DNA of 64,000 bases from an uncultured Alphaproteobacteria bacterium (GTDB taxonomy: Bacteria; Pseudomonadota; Alphaproteobacteria; RF32; CAG-239), in the NCBI GenBank assembly GCA_934254675.1, contig CAKQLP010000002.1, forward strand, positions 15,731 to 79,730, written 5' to 3'. A model generated the notes under the pieces. The model searched no databases, was not told the DNA's origin, and saw only the letters and a program-made list of their open reading frames with translations. The position numbers and the translations under genes were made by a program. How positions within the stretch are numbered: position 1 is the first letter of the stretch; each line of letters opens with the position of its first letter. This document shows, piece by piece, positions 42,149-52,128 of this stretch.

Positions 42149-42832
42149 TTAAATCGCGGCAAAATGCTTTTTGATAAGCTGATGAATTTCAAGCATGTTG
42201 TCGCTGACGGCAAAAGCGCCGTTGTGGCGGCAAGCCGCGGCATATTCAGGCGTGTTGTGCCCTGTGGCGCCAATGTAGGCTATAACCGGAATGTTTGCCG
42301 CTTTGGCCGCTTTTACACCGGCTAGAGAATCTTCAACAACCAGACATTGCGCCGGTTCAAAATTCATTTGGCGGGCGGCGTATAGAAAAATGTCCGGCGC
42401 CGGCTTGCCGTTTGGCACCATATAGGCGGTAAACGTGTTTTTATTGTTAAAATACTTGTCCAATCCCAATTTGAATGTTTTTTTGTTATGTTTTTCAATT
42501 GTGGCGCCGGTGGCAACGCATTGCGCAAAGTTTTTATCGTCTAAAATTTGCTCGATGTTTTCGGTTAGAGTTAGTTCGGACGCAATTAAACGATCTTCGT
42601 TTTGGTGAATTTCTTGCCAAAAATTGTCATTCAGTTTCAGTTCCGGAAAATCATGCGCCAGCAAATCGACTTTTGTTTTGTCGGCTTTACCCTCCAGATA
42701 ACGTTTTTGCTGTTCTGGCGTCAGGGTGAAATTGTATAGTTTTTTCAAGGTGTCAACCCAGTTTTGCACCCACAAATGCTCGCTGTCGGCTAAAACGCCG
42801 TCAAAGTCCCAAATGATTAAATTTTTAGTCAT
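42149..42832 (-). CDS. HAD-superfamily hydrolase (subfamily IA, phosphatase/phosphomutase-like)
   Basis: Motif I (DFDGVLADSE), motif II (T) and motif III/IV (K...EDSLAGVKAAKAA). Overlaps the upstream GT gene by 8 nt. Confidence 0.8.
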   Translation of the reverse strand: MTKNLIIWDFDGVLADSEHLWVQNWVDTLKKLYNFTLTPEQQKRYLEGKADKTKVDLLAHDFPELKLNDNFWQEIHQNEDRLIASELTLTENIEQILDDKNFAQCVATGATIEKHNKKTFKLGLDKYFNNKNTFTAYMVPNGKPAPDIFLYAARQMNFEPAQCLVVEDSLAGVKAAKAANIPVIAYIGATGHNTPEYAAACRHNGAFAVSDNMLEIHQLIKKHFAAI

Positions 42833-44459
42833 GTTCTTTATCCTGTGTTTTTGTTCGATATTCGTCTTTTAAAATCATTAATTGTTCAATCTCGGTTGTT
42901 TTGTAATATTTGTTGATAAGTTCTTGATTCCATATATAGGCGTCAACGCTCGGAATTTTAACCATTAAGTCCGTCAAAGCGTAGTCCGGAATGTTTACAT
43001 TTTGATAAAGTCGAACCAAATCGGCGTTATATTCATACAATTTTTTAGCTCGCCGCTCATTAAGCGGGGTATTTGTGTAGTCTTTTGCAAAGATGACAGC
43101 CGGCATCTTTTGGGTTATCAGCGTGTCCAGATTGTTTTTTTTGCCAAAATTTATTTCATAGATATAACCGATGTCGTTAAGCTGAAACCAGACATAAGAA
43201 GGATCGGGACGAAACAGGTTATAGATGCAGTTGTCGGCGTTGAAAACCGTTTCGTCAGGCGAAGTATTCTTAATAACATAATCCGCCATCCTTAAAACAG
43301 TCGTGCTGGAATTTTTGCTCGGTTCGTTGGTATAGATGAATGAGGCGAAAATGATACAGGAAATTCCAAGAGCCGTGTGATAAAGCTTGTTTTTGAGTGG
43401 CGTGTCGTGCTTGAAAAAAGAGCAGGCAATGACAATGGCGGCAAGTTCAAAAAACAATGAAAAATAATGCACATACGGTGAAAATGTCAGCAATCGTATG
43501 CCGAGTTCGGCAAAAAGCAAAAAAATGATACATTTGCTGTAAATGGTATTATAAGATAAAAAAACGGGATAGAAAAGAATTGCCGCGCAACTAAATAGAA
43601 TTATGGAGGGCGTAAGAGTTATTGTTGCATATCCCAGTGTTGTCGGCATGTTTATTATTGTGTTCAGCGGAGTTGTTTTTATAATGTGAAAGCCATAATA
43701 AACGGGAATAAGACTGTTGAGCTTGTAATTTAATTCAAAATAAAGCGCAAACATATTGTGCCAAAAAAGCCATGCCGTAAAAATGCCGAATAAAAGCAAC
43801 GGCAAACAAAGCGCTTTAAAAAAATCTTGGTATTTTATTTGTTTTTTTATAAGCGCGTGAAAAATAAAAGCTCCCAAGAAAAACAGCAAGAGAATGATTT
43901 TTTGCAAAAAGAAAAAAGAGAGCGTGAACAAGGCAAATGAAATTGTTAATTTAATTGATTGTTTTGTTTCAAAATACCTGAATAAAAAATATAAACCGCT
44001 CCAAAAACAGAGATTCATAAAAACATCTGGTCGGAATTCAACAAAATTTCGGCTTAAATAATCTCCGCAACCAAAAAGCAAAAGAGCCAAAACCCATTGT
44101 TTGCCGGTTCCAAAATAACGTGTAATGATTTTATAAATGAAAAACCAACTTGTCAAAACGGCTAAAAAAACGGAAAAACGAGCCACATAATAGACATTGA
44201 CATTGTCAAACATAAAACCAGTGATGGGCGCAAACAAATACCATAACAGCGGGTTATGATGTTCAAAAAAATCAAGATAAGGCGTTTTTCCGCTCCAAAC
44301 AAGCCACGACGCGTGTATATGCTCCAGTTCATCAACATTCAACAAACCGCTGTTTGTAAAAAGATGAGCCAAAGTTTGCGCCATAAATAACAAAATGAAA
44401 AGTGTGTTTAATAAGTTTTTTGATGACGGGAGTTTTATTTTAGCTTTTAGTTGTTCCAT
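42825..44459 (-). CDS. ArnT/PMT-family (COG1807-like) GT-C membrane glycosyltransferase
   Basis: First periplasmic loop NVDELEHIHASWLVWSGKTPYLDFFEHHNPLLWYL matches the DE....ML.SGDW..P.L....YFEKPPL.YW signature of ArnT/PMT_2 enzymes. Multiple TM helices and a C-terminal soluble domain. Confidence 0.6.
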   Translation of the reverse strand: MEQLKAKIKLPSSKNLLNTLFILLFMAQTLAHLFTNSGLLNVDELEHIHASWLVWSGKTPYLDFFEHHNPLLWYLFAPITGFMFDNVNVYYVARFSVFLAVLTSWFFIYKIITRYFGTGKQWVLALLLFGCGDYLSRNFVEFRPDVFMNLCFWSGLYFLFRYFETKQSIKLTISFALFTLSFFFLQKIILLLFFLGAFIFHALIKKQIKYQDFFKALCLPLLLFGIFTAWLFWHNMFALYFELNYKLNSLIPVYYGFHIIKTTPLNTIINMPTTLGYATITLTPSIILFSCAAILFYPVFLSYNTIYSKCIIFLLFAELGIRLLTFSPYVHYFSLFFELAAIVIACSFFKHDTPLKNKLYHTALGISCIIFASFIYTNEPSKNSSTTVLRMADYVIKNTSPDETVFNADNCIYNLFRPDPSYVWFQLNDIGYIYEINFGKKNNLDTLITQKMPAVIFAKDYTNTPLNERRAKKLYEYNADLVRLYQNVNIPDYALTDLMVKIPSVDAYIWNQELINKYYKTTEIEQLMILKDEYRTKTQDKEHD

Positions 44460-44520
44460 TTTTTTGCCTTATTATATTCTAAATGTAGCATAAAAGAATA
44501 TTGGCGGAGAGTCAATTTAT

Positions 44521-45270
44521 ATGTATTTGGATTTTGCAAAAATACCAATTTATGCACTGGTTTTGAAAAAATGTCTTACATGGATTGAAAATATTTTATA
44601 TAACATATTAGGTGTTATGTATTTAGAGGAAATAATGTTTTTAAATAATTTCTTTGAAAAATTTTCCGGTCGGTTGTGTTGGAATGTTAACTTTTTTACT
44701 TTTTTAGAAGTTTTTCTTATAATTCTGACGCCGTTTATGGTGAAATATGCCAATCCCGAATTGTTTATAGAAGGGAATGTCGTTGAAAATTTGCAGTTGG
44801 TTATACTGGTTGTGGCGTTTTGCGTGGCATTTAGAGCGCCAAAAGATAAAAAAATGTTTAGAGCATTGGCGTTGGTCGTTATTTTGCTGCTGATGCGCGA
44901 AACAAATTTGGGGCGAGGGTATTTTTGTGCAAAATATTTGTCACCAGAGGATATTTGTCGTTGGAAAAATCTAAAATATGGTTTTTTTGTGGAACCTTTG
45001 CGCAATTTGTACGGGCTATTCATTTTGTATTATGTTTGGCGGCAAAAGGTTTATAAAGTTGTGGGGCAATATATGTTGAAAGCGCCGTTATTTGTTTGGG
45101 ATTTGAGCATTTTTGTCGGTGCGGTTGTAACAGCCACTTTGGCGGAGTGGCCGCAAATTGATAATGAAATTTTGGAAGAATCTTGTGAAACTTTGATGTA
45201 TGTTGCGTTTTTGAATTGTTTATACCGCTATGAACGATGTAAAATTAAAAATAGTGAAATTGGTGATTAA
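44521..45270 (+). CDS. hypothetical membrane protein (249 aa)
   Basis: Several hydrophobic helices. Divergent from the GT-C gene. Confidence 0.4.
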   Translation: MYLDFAKIPIYALVLKKCLTWIENILYNILGVMYLEEIMFLNNFFEKFSGRLCWNVNFFTFLEVFLIILTPFMVKYANPELFIEGNVVENLQLVILVVAFCVAFRAPKDKKMFRALALVVILLLMRETNLGRGYFCAKYLSPEDICRWKNLKYGFFVEPLRNLYGLFILYYVWRQKVYKVVGQYMLKAPLFVWDLSIFVGAVVTATLAEWPQIDNEILEESCETLMYVAFLNCLYRYERCKIKNSEIGD

Positions 45271-45301
45271 GATTTTTAGTTTGTTCAATAAATTTAATGA
45301 C

Positions 45302-45336
45302 ATAAAAAAACAGCCTCGATGCAAATAGAATCGAAG
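45302..45336. terminator. bidirectional Rho-independent terminator
   Basis: CAGCCTCGAT-(N10)-ATCGAAGCTG hairpin with flanking A/T runs. Confidence 0.45.
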
Positions 45337-45348
45337 CTGTTTAAATTT

Positions 45349-45561
45349 TTAGCCAATAATGTGGAAACAGTGCAAGATTAAACCGATAATGGCGCATAAT
45401 GCTAAAAATAAAACCATTATCAGTCCGGAAATATCCGGCGCGGTTTTTAATGTGTCATCAAGTTTATGTTGGCGAATTTTTTTGTCAACATAAAGACCGA
45501 CTGCCAAAAGAATGAAGTAGCAAACAATAACCACACTCCAAAAAATAGTTGTAGGACTCAT
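45349..45561 (-). CDS. small two-TM membrane protein (70 aa)
   Basis: ORF with two hydrophobic segments. Confidence 0.3.
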   Translation of the reverse strand: MSPTTIFWSVVIVCYFILLAVGLYVDKKIRQHKLDDTLKTAPDISGLIMVLFLALCAIIGLILHCFHIIG

Positions 45562-45673
45562 AACAATAATTTTAATAATACAAATTTAGTTTTATAAATA
45601 GATTATTTTTTATTTTTTGTCAATAAATTAAGTAAAAAAAATAGCCATAGGTTTCAAAACCCAAGGCATTCTT

Positions 45674-45895
45674 TTAGCAACAAAACAGTCCGACTTTTGT
45701 TAAAATAAAGCCTGTTGCCGCAATCAAAAGCGCATAAACGCAGATGAATGTTTTGGTAAAGTCCCCACGATTTGGAGACGCGGTATTCTTTTGCGTTGCG
45801 TAACGATCTTTGTTTTCTCGGCGATTAATAATAATGCTGAAAACAGCAGCGGCTGAAAGAGCGGCAAGAACGAGAATACCAAAAAATAATCCCAT
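45674..45895 (-). CDS. small two-TM membrane protein (73 aa)
   Basis: ORF with two hydrophobic segments. Confidence 0.3.
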   Translation of the reverse strand: MGLFFGILVLAALSAAAVFSIIINRRENKDRYATQKNTASPNRGDFTKTFICVYALLIAATGFILTKVGLFCC

Positions 45896-46037
45896 AATGT
45901 TAAAAAAATTTAGTTAAATAATTAATAAATAATTCAAATTCGGCGCATAAATTAGCATGATTTTTTTTATTGTCAATAAATAAATGCTAATGTAATGTGA
46001 ATTTTAATGATTATATACGCATATGGAGGAAAAAATA

Positions 46038-46913
46038 ATGAAAAAGATTTTATTTTTTGCTGTTGCTTGTTTAACAGCTTGTCATCAAGAAAATAATTTG
46101 ACGACGGAACATTTGGATATTACTTTGGAAAATGAAAAAGCTGAAACCCAAATCACGGTTGACTATCCGCAAAGTATAAATAATGGAAATTTAGATGCGC
46201 TCAGACAGCAGGTTGTGACATTTGTGTTGCCAAATTACTCTGAAAGTTTGGAAAATGGCGCTGATATTTTTAAGCAGTTTGCGGAAGAAAAAAATAAAAT
46301 GCTGTCAGCGGATAATGATTTTGGAATGGCTATGAAATTTGCTTATAACGGAAACATTTTATTGGTGGCGCAAAATGAAAAATTTGCGACATTTACCTTG
46401 GATGCTTATATTTATACCGGTGGCGCGCATGGTATGCCAATTTGGTCGTCTAAGACTTTGCGTAAAACAGACGGAATGATTTTGAATGATAAATTATTGA
46501 ATGAAAAAGTTAATTCAGAGGCGTTCAAAAAACTTTTGGAGCAAGGTGTTAAGACTTATTTTACAGTGCAAAAAGGGGCTTTTTATCAGTGCGATTTTCA
46601 ATCGGATAAATTACAAAGCGAGATATTTGAAAATTATAAAATAGATGATTTGCCTTTGCCGCAAGAAAAGCCGTTTTTAACAAAAAATGGCGTGGGTTTT
46701 GTTTATATGCCGTATGAAATTTCTTGGTATGCCAATGGGCGGATAGCGTTTGTTTTACCATATTCGCAAATGACAGATTATATGTCTGAAGATGCTTTGA
46801 ATTTGGTGAAAAATGTTAATAAAAATGGCAAAATCGAAGCTTATGTCGATGAACAAACTCGACAGAAATATCAAGATTATTTGGCTCAGCCTGAACATAA
46901 AATCTGTCAATAA
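46038..46913 (+). CDS. DUF3298/DUF4163-like lipoprotein (RsiV/PdaC-type fold)
   Basis: GGAGG RBS. Lipobox LTAC. ITVDYPQ... and YIYTGGAHGMP motifs characteristic of the DUF4163-DUF3298 pair. Confidence 0.6.
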   Translation: MKKILFFAVACLTACHQENNLTTEHLDITLENEKAETQITVDYPQSINNGNLDALRQQVVTFVLPNYSESLENGADIFKQFAEEKNKMLSADNDFGMAMKFAYNGNILLVAQNEKFATFTLDAYIYTGGAHGMPIWSSKTLRKTDGMILNDKLLNEKVNSEAFKKLLEQGVKTYFTVQKGAFYQCDFQSDKLQSEIFENYKIDDLPLPQEKPFLTKNGVGFVYMPYEISWYANGRIAFVLPYSQMTDYMSEDALNLVKNVNKNGKIEAYVDEQTRQKYQDYLAQPEHKICQ

Positions 46914-46944
46914 GATATTTGGAAAAGGTGTTTTTCCCTGTCAT

Positions 46945-47175
46945 TCTCGGACATGCTTTATTAAACACATTTTAAATGTCATTTTCGGATGTGTTCTTAC
47001 TTTTTTCATGTCATTCTCGGACGTGTTCCGAGAATCCATATAAAATGATAAAGGAATGGATGGATCCTCGGGTCAAGCCCGAGGATGACGATAAATAATA
47101 AAGGATGACATAATAAAAAAAACACCCGAGGATGACGCAATAAAAAATACTCAAGGGATGACATTGAAGAGAGAG
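46945..47175. repeat. cluster of short GC-rich palindromic/direct repeats in AT-rich intergenic DNA
   Basis: TGTCATTCTCGGACRTG x3. Perfect palindromes ATTCTCGGAcgtgtTCCGAGAAT and CCTCGGGtcaagCCCGAGG. Direct repeats RGGATGACR x4 at about 21-27 bp spacing. Confidence 0.6.
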
Positions 47176-47284
47176 ACTATAACTAAAGTCATATAACTAT
47201 TAGAATATTGTTTTAAATATTAAAATGTGTTTTAATAATAATATAATGTGCAAATTAACATTATATTATTTAAGGAGAAAAACA

Positions 47285-47917
47285 ATGAATATGATGAAAA
47301 CAAATGAAACCGGTCGTTCCATGATTGAAATGCTCGGTGTTTTGGCGATTATCGGTGTGCTGTCCGTTGGTGGTATTGCCGGCTATTCCAAAGCTATGAA
47401 CAAATTTAAAACAAACAAGGTTGCAGATAATGTGTCTATGATTGTGACCAACATCAGAACCTTGTACGCGCAACAAAATAATTATGCGGGTTTAAATAAT
47501 ATAACAGCTATTCAAATGGGCGTTGTTCCAGATGAATTGGGTACAGACACTACTTCAGGTACTTTAACAAATGCCTTTTTAGGTGGTGTTAATATTGGCA
47601 CAGCAACAGTTACCAGTTTGGATGCTGGTACATCTGGCGCCAATAGAGGATTCTTTTTAACCATGAACGGTTTGACTAAAGAAGCGTGCGTGACCTTGGC
47701 CGCCAATGACTGGGGTTCCGGTTATTCCGCCGGTTATGTGGGAATGACTGTTTCTGGCTCGGCTCAAACTAGTTATAACACGTCATTTGCTGTAAATTGC
47801 ACGGATCGTGGAGCAGCTAAATGGTGTGCAAGCCAAGGACCGATGCAGGTTTCTCAAGCGGCCACTGGTTGTTCTGCCACTGGAAACACAAATTCGATTA
47901 CTTGGGTATTCTACTGA
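47285..47917 (+). CDS. type IV pilin-like protein, paralog of 40688..41482
   Basis: AAGGAG RBS. Signal ..NETG|RSMIEMLGVLAIIGVLSVGGIAGYSKAM. C-terminus NSITWVFY versus NSILWKFY in the paralog. Confidence 0.7.
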   Translation: MNMMKTNETGRSMIEMLGVLAIIGVLSVGGIAGYSKAMNKFKTNKVADNVSMIVTNIRTLYAQQNNYAGLNNITAIQMGVVPDELGTDTTSGTLTNAFLGGVNIGTATVTSLDAGTSGANRGFFLTMNGLTKEACVTLAANDWGSGYSAGYVGMTVSGSAQTSYNTSFAVNCTDRGAAKWCASQGPMQVSQAATGCSATGNTNSITWVFY

Positions 47918-48005
47918 GTTTGGAAACGCATGACGGCTTGAGCGATATCCGATAGCCGCCATGTCTCCAAAGACTGCCGTTACTCTCATTGTGGCAGTTT
48001 TCTCC

Positions 48006-48045
48006 GAAACGTCCTTGCTCCTAACTCGGACGTTTCTTTTTTTGT
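48006..48045 (+). terminator. Rho-independent terminator of pilin-like gene 2
   Basis: GAAACGTCC-(N13)-GGACGTTTC followed by TTTTTTT. Identical stem to the pilin-1 terminator. Confidence 0.55.
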
Positions 48046-48183
48046 ATATAACATATTGAATAGTGAAATATTTTTTTGGCTTTTTAACATAGACATTAGG
48101 TCTAAAACCGCTTTAATTTGTTAAAAAATCCTTTATATTTTCTTTATATTATTTTTACTTTTTTTAGCAAAAGGAGGTCACCA

Positions 48184-48375
48184 ATGAAAACGCATACCTT
48201 TGCCAACGTTATTATACATGATTTGTCGTCAAAATCTCGTTTGCATGACAATTTTGAAATTAGCCGCGGAATTATCAGCGAGCTGGTTGAAGGCTGGAAT
48301 AAAAATATTTATGTTATTCCTAATCAAGCATTGCATTTATATAGCGAAAAGACAAAAAAATATTTGTATATGTAA
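48184..48375 (+). CDS. small hypothetical protein (63 aa)
   Basis: Strong AAGGAGG RBS 7 nt upstream of the ATG. Confidence 0.3.
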   Translation: MKTHTFANVIIHDLSSKSRLHDNFEISRGIISELVEGWNKNIYVIPNQALHLYSEKTKKYLYM

Positions 48376-48502
48376 AAAAATTTGTTCGCGACTCCTTAAT
48401 TTTAGGTAAAAATCTTGTCAAGATGTCTTTTATTTTAGATTTAAAACCTTCTAACATTGCTTATATCAGTTTCACAACAATTATTTTTATATGAGGTGAA
48501 AA

Positions 48503-48775
48503 ATGAATACAGCAAAAAATAAACAAACATCGGAATTGAAAAACTATCTTTATTTTGCCGGAACAATCTATGACAGTTTTGAGGCGTTGGAAGAGACCTT
48601 GGGAAAATTAAAACTGGAACGTCCGTTGTTTTTGCTTTATATGGCTAAAAAAGCCTATGCCGAAGAAGTGTTTGCCGCCGCTGGTGAAAAACAAGAAAAA
48701 TTAGAAGATGTGATGATGATGCCGCCGTCACAGATAAAACTGCGTTCTTGCGAATATCCGCGCCGTTTGCAATAG
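48503..48775 (+). CDS. hypothetical protein (90 aa)
   Basis: ORF with a GAGGTG RBS. Confidence 0.35.
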   Translation: MNTAKNKQTSELKNYLYFAGTIYDSFEALEETLGKLKLERPLFLLYMAKKAYAEEVFAAAGEKQEKLEDVMMMPPSQIKLRSCEYPRRLQ

Positions 48776-48854
48776 CTTTTAAATCGATTTATTCTTTTAT
48801 TGCATTTTACTGAAACTGTGCCATTATAATTCCTAAAAAATAAGGAGAATTATA

Positions 48855-50051
48855 ATGAACGGCAAAGTGATAATTTTGATGATGGATTCATTTGGTGTTG
48901 GCGGCGCGCCCGACGCGGTCGCCTTTGCCAATGCGGGTGCGAACACTTTTGCGCATATTGTGCAAAAACAAGGCGGACTGAATGTGCCAAATTTGGCTTA
49001 TTTGGGGTTGCAAACTGTCGGTTTTGAAGCTAGCGGCGAAAAAACAGAGTTAAATTGTGCCGGACAACCGGCTTTTTCTGTCGGGCATAAATTCGGACAT
49101 GCTAAAGAAATCAGCAAAGGCAAAGACACAACCTCCGGACACTGGGAAATGGCCGGAACACCTGTTTTGTTCGATTGGGGATATTTTAAGCCAGATTATC
49201 CATCTTTTCCACCGGAGCTGATTGCGGAAATTTGCGCCAAAGGTGGCATTGAGGGAATTTTGGGCAATAAAGCCGCTTCCGGCACGGCAATTATCGAAGA
49301 ATTGGGCGAAGAACACCTCAAAACCGGCAAGCCGATTTTTTATACTTCTGCCGACAGCGTGTTGCAAATTGCCTGTCACGAACAACATTTTGGCTTGGAG
49401 CGGCTGTATAACCTTTGCGAAGTCGCTTTTGCGGCGGCTAAGCCGTATAATATTGCTCGAATTATTGCCCGTCCGTTTGTTGGTGAGCGTAAGGGCGAAT
49501 TTATGCGGACAAAGAATCGCCACGATTATTCGGTTACGCCGCCGGAAGTCACCGTTTTGAATAAGGCGGCCAACGCCGGACACGAGGTTATTTCTGTGGG
49601 AAAAATCAGAGATATTTACGCCGGTTCGGGAATAACGCAAGCGTATAAAGCCAGTGGATTGGAAGAATTGTGGAACGTGACGCTGGAACAGGTGAAAGCC
49701 GCTCCGCAAAATGCCATTGTTTTTACAAACTTTGTCGATTTTGATATGGTTTATGGTCATCGCCGCGATGTTGCCGGTTATGCCAAAGGTTTGGAATATT
49801 TTGACAGCCGACTGCCGGAATTGCTTCCGTTGCTTGGTGAAAACGATATTGTCTTTATTACCGCCGACCATGGTTGTGACCCGACTTATTCCGGAACAGA
49901 CCACACGCGGGAACAAGTGCCAGTTTTGATGTTTGGAAAAAAAGTACAGACGCAAAATATCGGACAACGCCGGACTTATGCGGATATCGCCCAGACAATT
50001 TGCGCTTTTTACAGATTAGAACCTATGAATTTTGGAGAAAGCTTTTTATGA
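48855..50051 (+). CDS. deoB: phosphopentomutase
   Basis: N-terminus [17 protein letters not shown] and metal-binding motifs (TADHGCDPT). 398 aa. Confidence 0.85.
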   Translation: MNGKVIILMMDSFGVGGAPDAVAFANAGANTFAHIVQKQGGLNVPNLAYLGLQTVGFEASGEKTELNCAGQPAFSVGHKFGHAKEISKGKDTTSGHWEMAGTPVLFDWGYFKPDYPSFPPELIAEICAKGGIEGILGNKAASGTAIIEELGEEHLKTGKPIFYTSADSVLQIACHEQHFGLERLYNLCEVAFAAAKPYNIARIIARPFVGERKGEFMRTKNRHDYSVTPPEVTVLNKAANAGHEVISVGKIRDIYAGSGITQAYKASGLEELWNVTLEQVKAAPQNAIVFTNFVDFDMVYGHRRDVAGYAKGLEYFDSRLPELLPLLGENDIVFITADHGCDPTYSGTDHTREQVPVLMFGKKVQTQNIGQRRTYADIAQTICAFYRLEPMNFGESFL

Positions 50052-50809
50052 GTTGGCAATCATCTAATCTGTCGCCGAAAAAACATTGCTTTTTTGGTGC
50101 GGAAGGCGGCGTGTCGCAAGGAAAATATGCTTCGTTGAACACCAATTACAACAGTTTGGATTCTAAGGTTGCTGTTCGGCAAAATTTTGAAATTATCACG
50201 GCGTTTTTCAAAAAAAACTATGAGGATATGTTTACTCTTAATCAAGGGGTTTCCAATAAAGTTGTCGAGGCGGATTTGCCTCAGCAATTCAGCATAACGG
50301 CAGACGGCGCGGTAACGACAAATCCAAATATTTTGCTTGGCATAAAAACAGCCGATTGCGCGCCGGTGCTGTTGGCTGACTATAAGCACGGAGTTATTGG
50401 AGCGGCGCACGCCGGTTGGCGCGGGGCTTATAAAGGCGTGGTGGAAAATACGATTTCTCTGATGCAAAGACGCGGGGCGGTTTTGACGGATATTGCGGTT
50501 GCAATAGGACCTTGTATGCAACAAGCGTCGTTTGAAGTGGCTGAGGACATGAAAGCTTGTTTGTTGGCTGAAAATTTACAAAATGAAAAGTATTTTCATC
50601 AGGGTAAAGACGCTAGCCACTTTTATTTTGATTTAAGCGGCTATTTGGAAGATAAAATTAAACGGCAGGGGATTGACAATGTGGTTAATTCGCGTATAGA
50701 TACCTATCCGGCGGAAAACGGCTATTTCAGTTATCGCCGCAATACCCATCTGCGGCTGATAGAACAACCGCGGGATTATCCGACACAATATTCTTTTATT
50801 TGCTTATAG
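50048..50809 (+). CDS. pgeF: YfiH/PgeF family protein (DUF152; purine nucleoside phosphorylase/laccase-domain protein)
   Basis: CAPVLLAD....GAAHAGWRG motif. ATGA start/stop overlap with deoB. Confidence 0.7.
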   Translation: MSWQSSNLSPKKHCFFGAEGGVSQGKYASLNTNYNSLDSKVAVRQNFEIITAFFKKNYEDMFTLNQGVSNKVVEADLPQQFSITADGAVTTNPNILLGIKTADCAPVLLADYKHGVIGAAHAGWRGAYKGVVENTISLMQRRGAVLTDIAVAIGPCMQQASFEVAEDMKACLLAENLQNEKYFHQGKDASHFYFDLSGYLEDKIKRQGIDNVVNSRIDTYPAENGYFSYRRNTHLRLIEQPRDYPTQYSFICL

Positions 50810-50817
50810 AGGGTAAA

Positions 50818-51525
50818 ATGAGAACGAAAATGCTTCCTTATTTTAATGAACGGCCAAGCAAAGTCAGCGCGTTGGTGTTGCATTGCAGTGCGCACGATAC
50901 AGAGGATATGATAGCTGTTTTGCAAAAAGAAGAACTCAGCGCGCATTATGTTGTTGGGCTGAATGGCGATGTTGTTCAGCTGGTGCCCGAGGAAAAACGC
51001 GCTTGGCACGCTGGTATAAGTTTGTGGCGTGAGTTTGAAAATTTGAACCATAATTCTGTTGGAATCGAGATTAGTTCGCTGTCTATGGGGCAGGAACCTT
51101 ATAGCGAAAAACAAATAAAAAGCGTTATGGAACTGTGTCAGGAAATAATTAAGCGGCATCAGATTCCGGCGCGAAATGTGGTGGGACATTCGGATATTGC
51201 TCCAACGCGAAAACCAGATCCGGGGGTGGCGTTTCCGTGGAAATTGTTGGCGGAAAACGGCGTCGGTTTGTGGTATGACTTGCAAGATGCGGAAAAAATA
51301 GCCGAGAATAATCCGGAAATTTTGCTCAAGAGAATCGGCTATAATACCGAAAATTTGCCGGCGGCGATGACGGCTTTTTGTCGGCATTTTGTTCCGCAAG
51401 AAGTGGAAATACGGCAAGACATACATGCTTTGTTGCAACATCCGTATGATGAAAATTTTAGGTTAGATGAAAAATATTTGCCGATTTTGAAGGCGTGTTG
51501 TGCGGCGTATCAAAAAACAAAATAA
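50818..51525 (+). CDS. N-acetylmuramoyl-L-alanine amidase, AmpD-like (Amidase_2)
   Basis: Amidase_2 zinc ligands (H in LVLHCSAH, AHYVVGLNG, ..RAWHAG.., ..GHSDIAPTRKPDPG). Confidence 0.75.
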   Translation: MRTKMLPYFNERPSKVSALVLHCSAHDTEDMIAVLQKEELSAHYVVGLNGDVVQLVPEEKRAWHAGISLWREFENLNHNSVGIEISSLSMGQEPYSEKQIKSVMELCQEIIKRHQIPARNVVGHSDIAPTRKPDPGVAFPWKLLAENGVGLWYDLQDAEKIAENNPEILLKRIGYNTENLPAAMTAFCRHFVPQEVEIRQDIHALLQHPYDENFRLDEKYLPILKACCAAYQKTK

Positions 51526-51642
51526 TAAAAATTGATAGCTAATGCCCTGACAAAATATAAAAAATGTTTGACAAAAAACAAGCCGCGTGATAAATAAATA
51601 ATGTTTTAATATCATTATGTTTTATCTTTAATTTTTATTACC

Positions 51643-52128
51643 ATGAATTTTAAAAAACTCGTTCAGGATTTTTATCGAATCTTGAAAACTCTTCCAAACT
51701 ATGGAAAAGTTTTGGCTGTCGCTTCGGTGGCAACGCTGTATGTGGCTATTAATCCAAGTGTTAAATGGCCAACTGTTATGGGGTATGAGTATAACTGGGT
51801 TAGAGAACGTGATGGTAAAATGGTTTATGCTTTGCGTACTAAGCTTGCCGCAAACCAAAAACCTACAACTTACGTTAATACCGGAACAGAACCACATCCC
51901 GGTGATGAAATCGTGATTATCAAGGTGCATGACCGCAAAAAGCCGTATTTCTTTCGCCATGAATTTGGTAAGGGATATAGGCGTTGGGAAGAAGCAATTT
52001 ACGATTATCGAAAATCGCAAAAGCGAAAAAGAATGATTGTTTCATTCCTTTTTTCTACCGGTCTTTGTCTGGCATCTTACCCAGGGTTGGTGAGACGTAT
52101 GCTCGCTCTTATTCCTAAGGGAAAATAA
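51643..52128 (+). CDS. hypothetical protein (161 aa)
   Basis: TTGACA-N17-TAAATA promoter-like sequence upstream. Terminator hairpin at 52137-52163. Confidence 0.4.
   Translation: MNFKKLVQDFYRILKTLPNYGKVLAVASVATLYVAINPSVKWPTVMGYEYNWVRERDGKMVYALRTKLAANQKPTTYVNTGTEPHPGDEIVIIKVHDRKKPYFFRHEFGKGYRRWEEAIYDYRKSQKRKRMIVSFLFSTGLCLASYPGLVRRMLALIPKGK

Noticed and set aside
49050-49967. 305-aa minus-strand ORF
   Set aside because: It is entirely antisense to the well-supported deoB (phosphopentomutase) coding sequence. No recognisable motifs. It is a typical shadow ORF.
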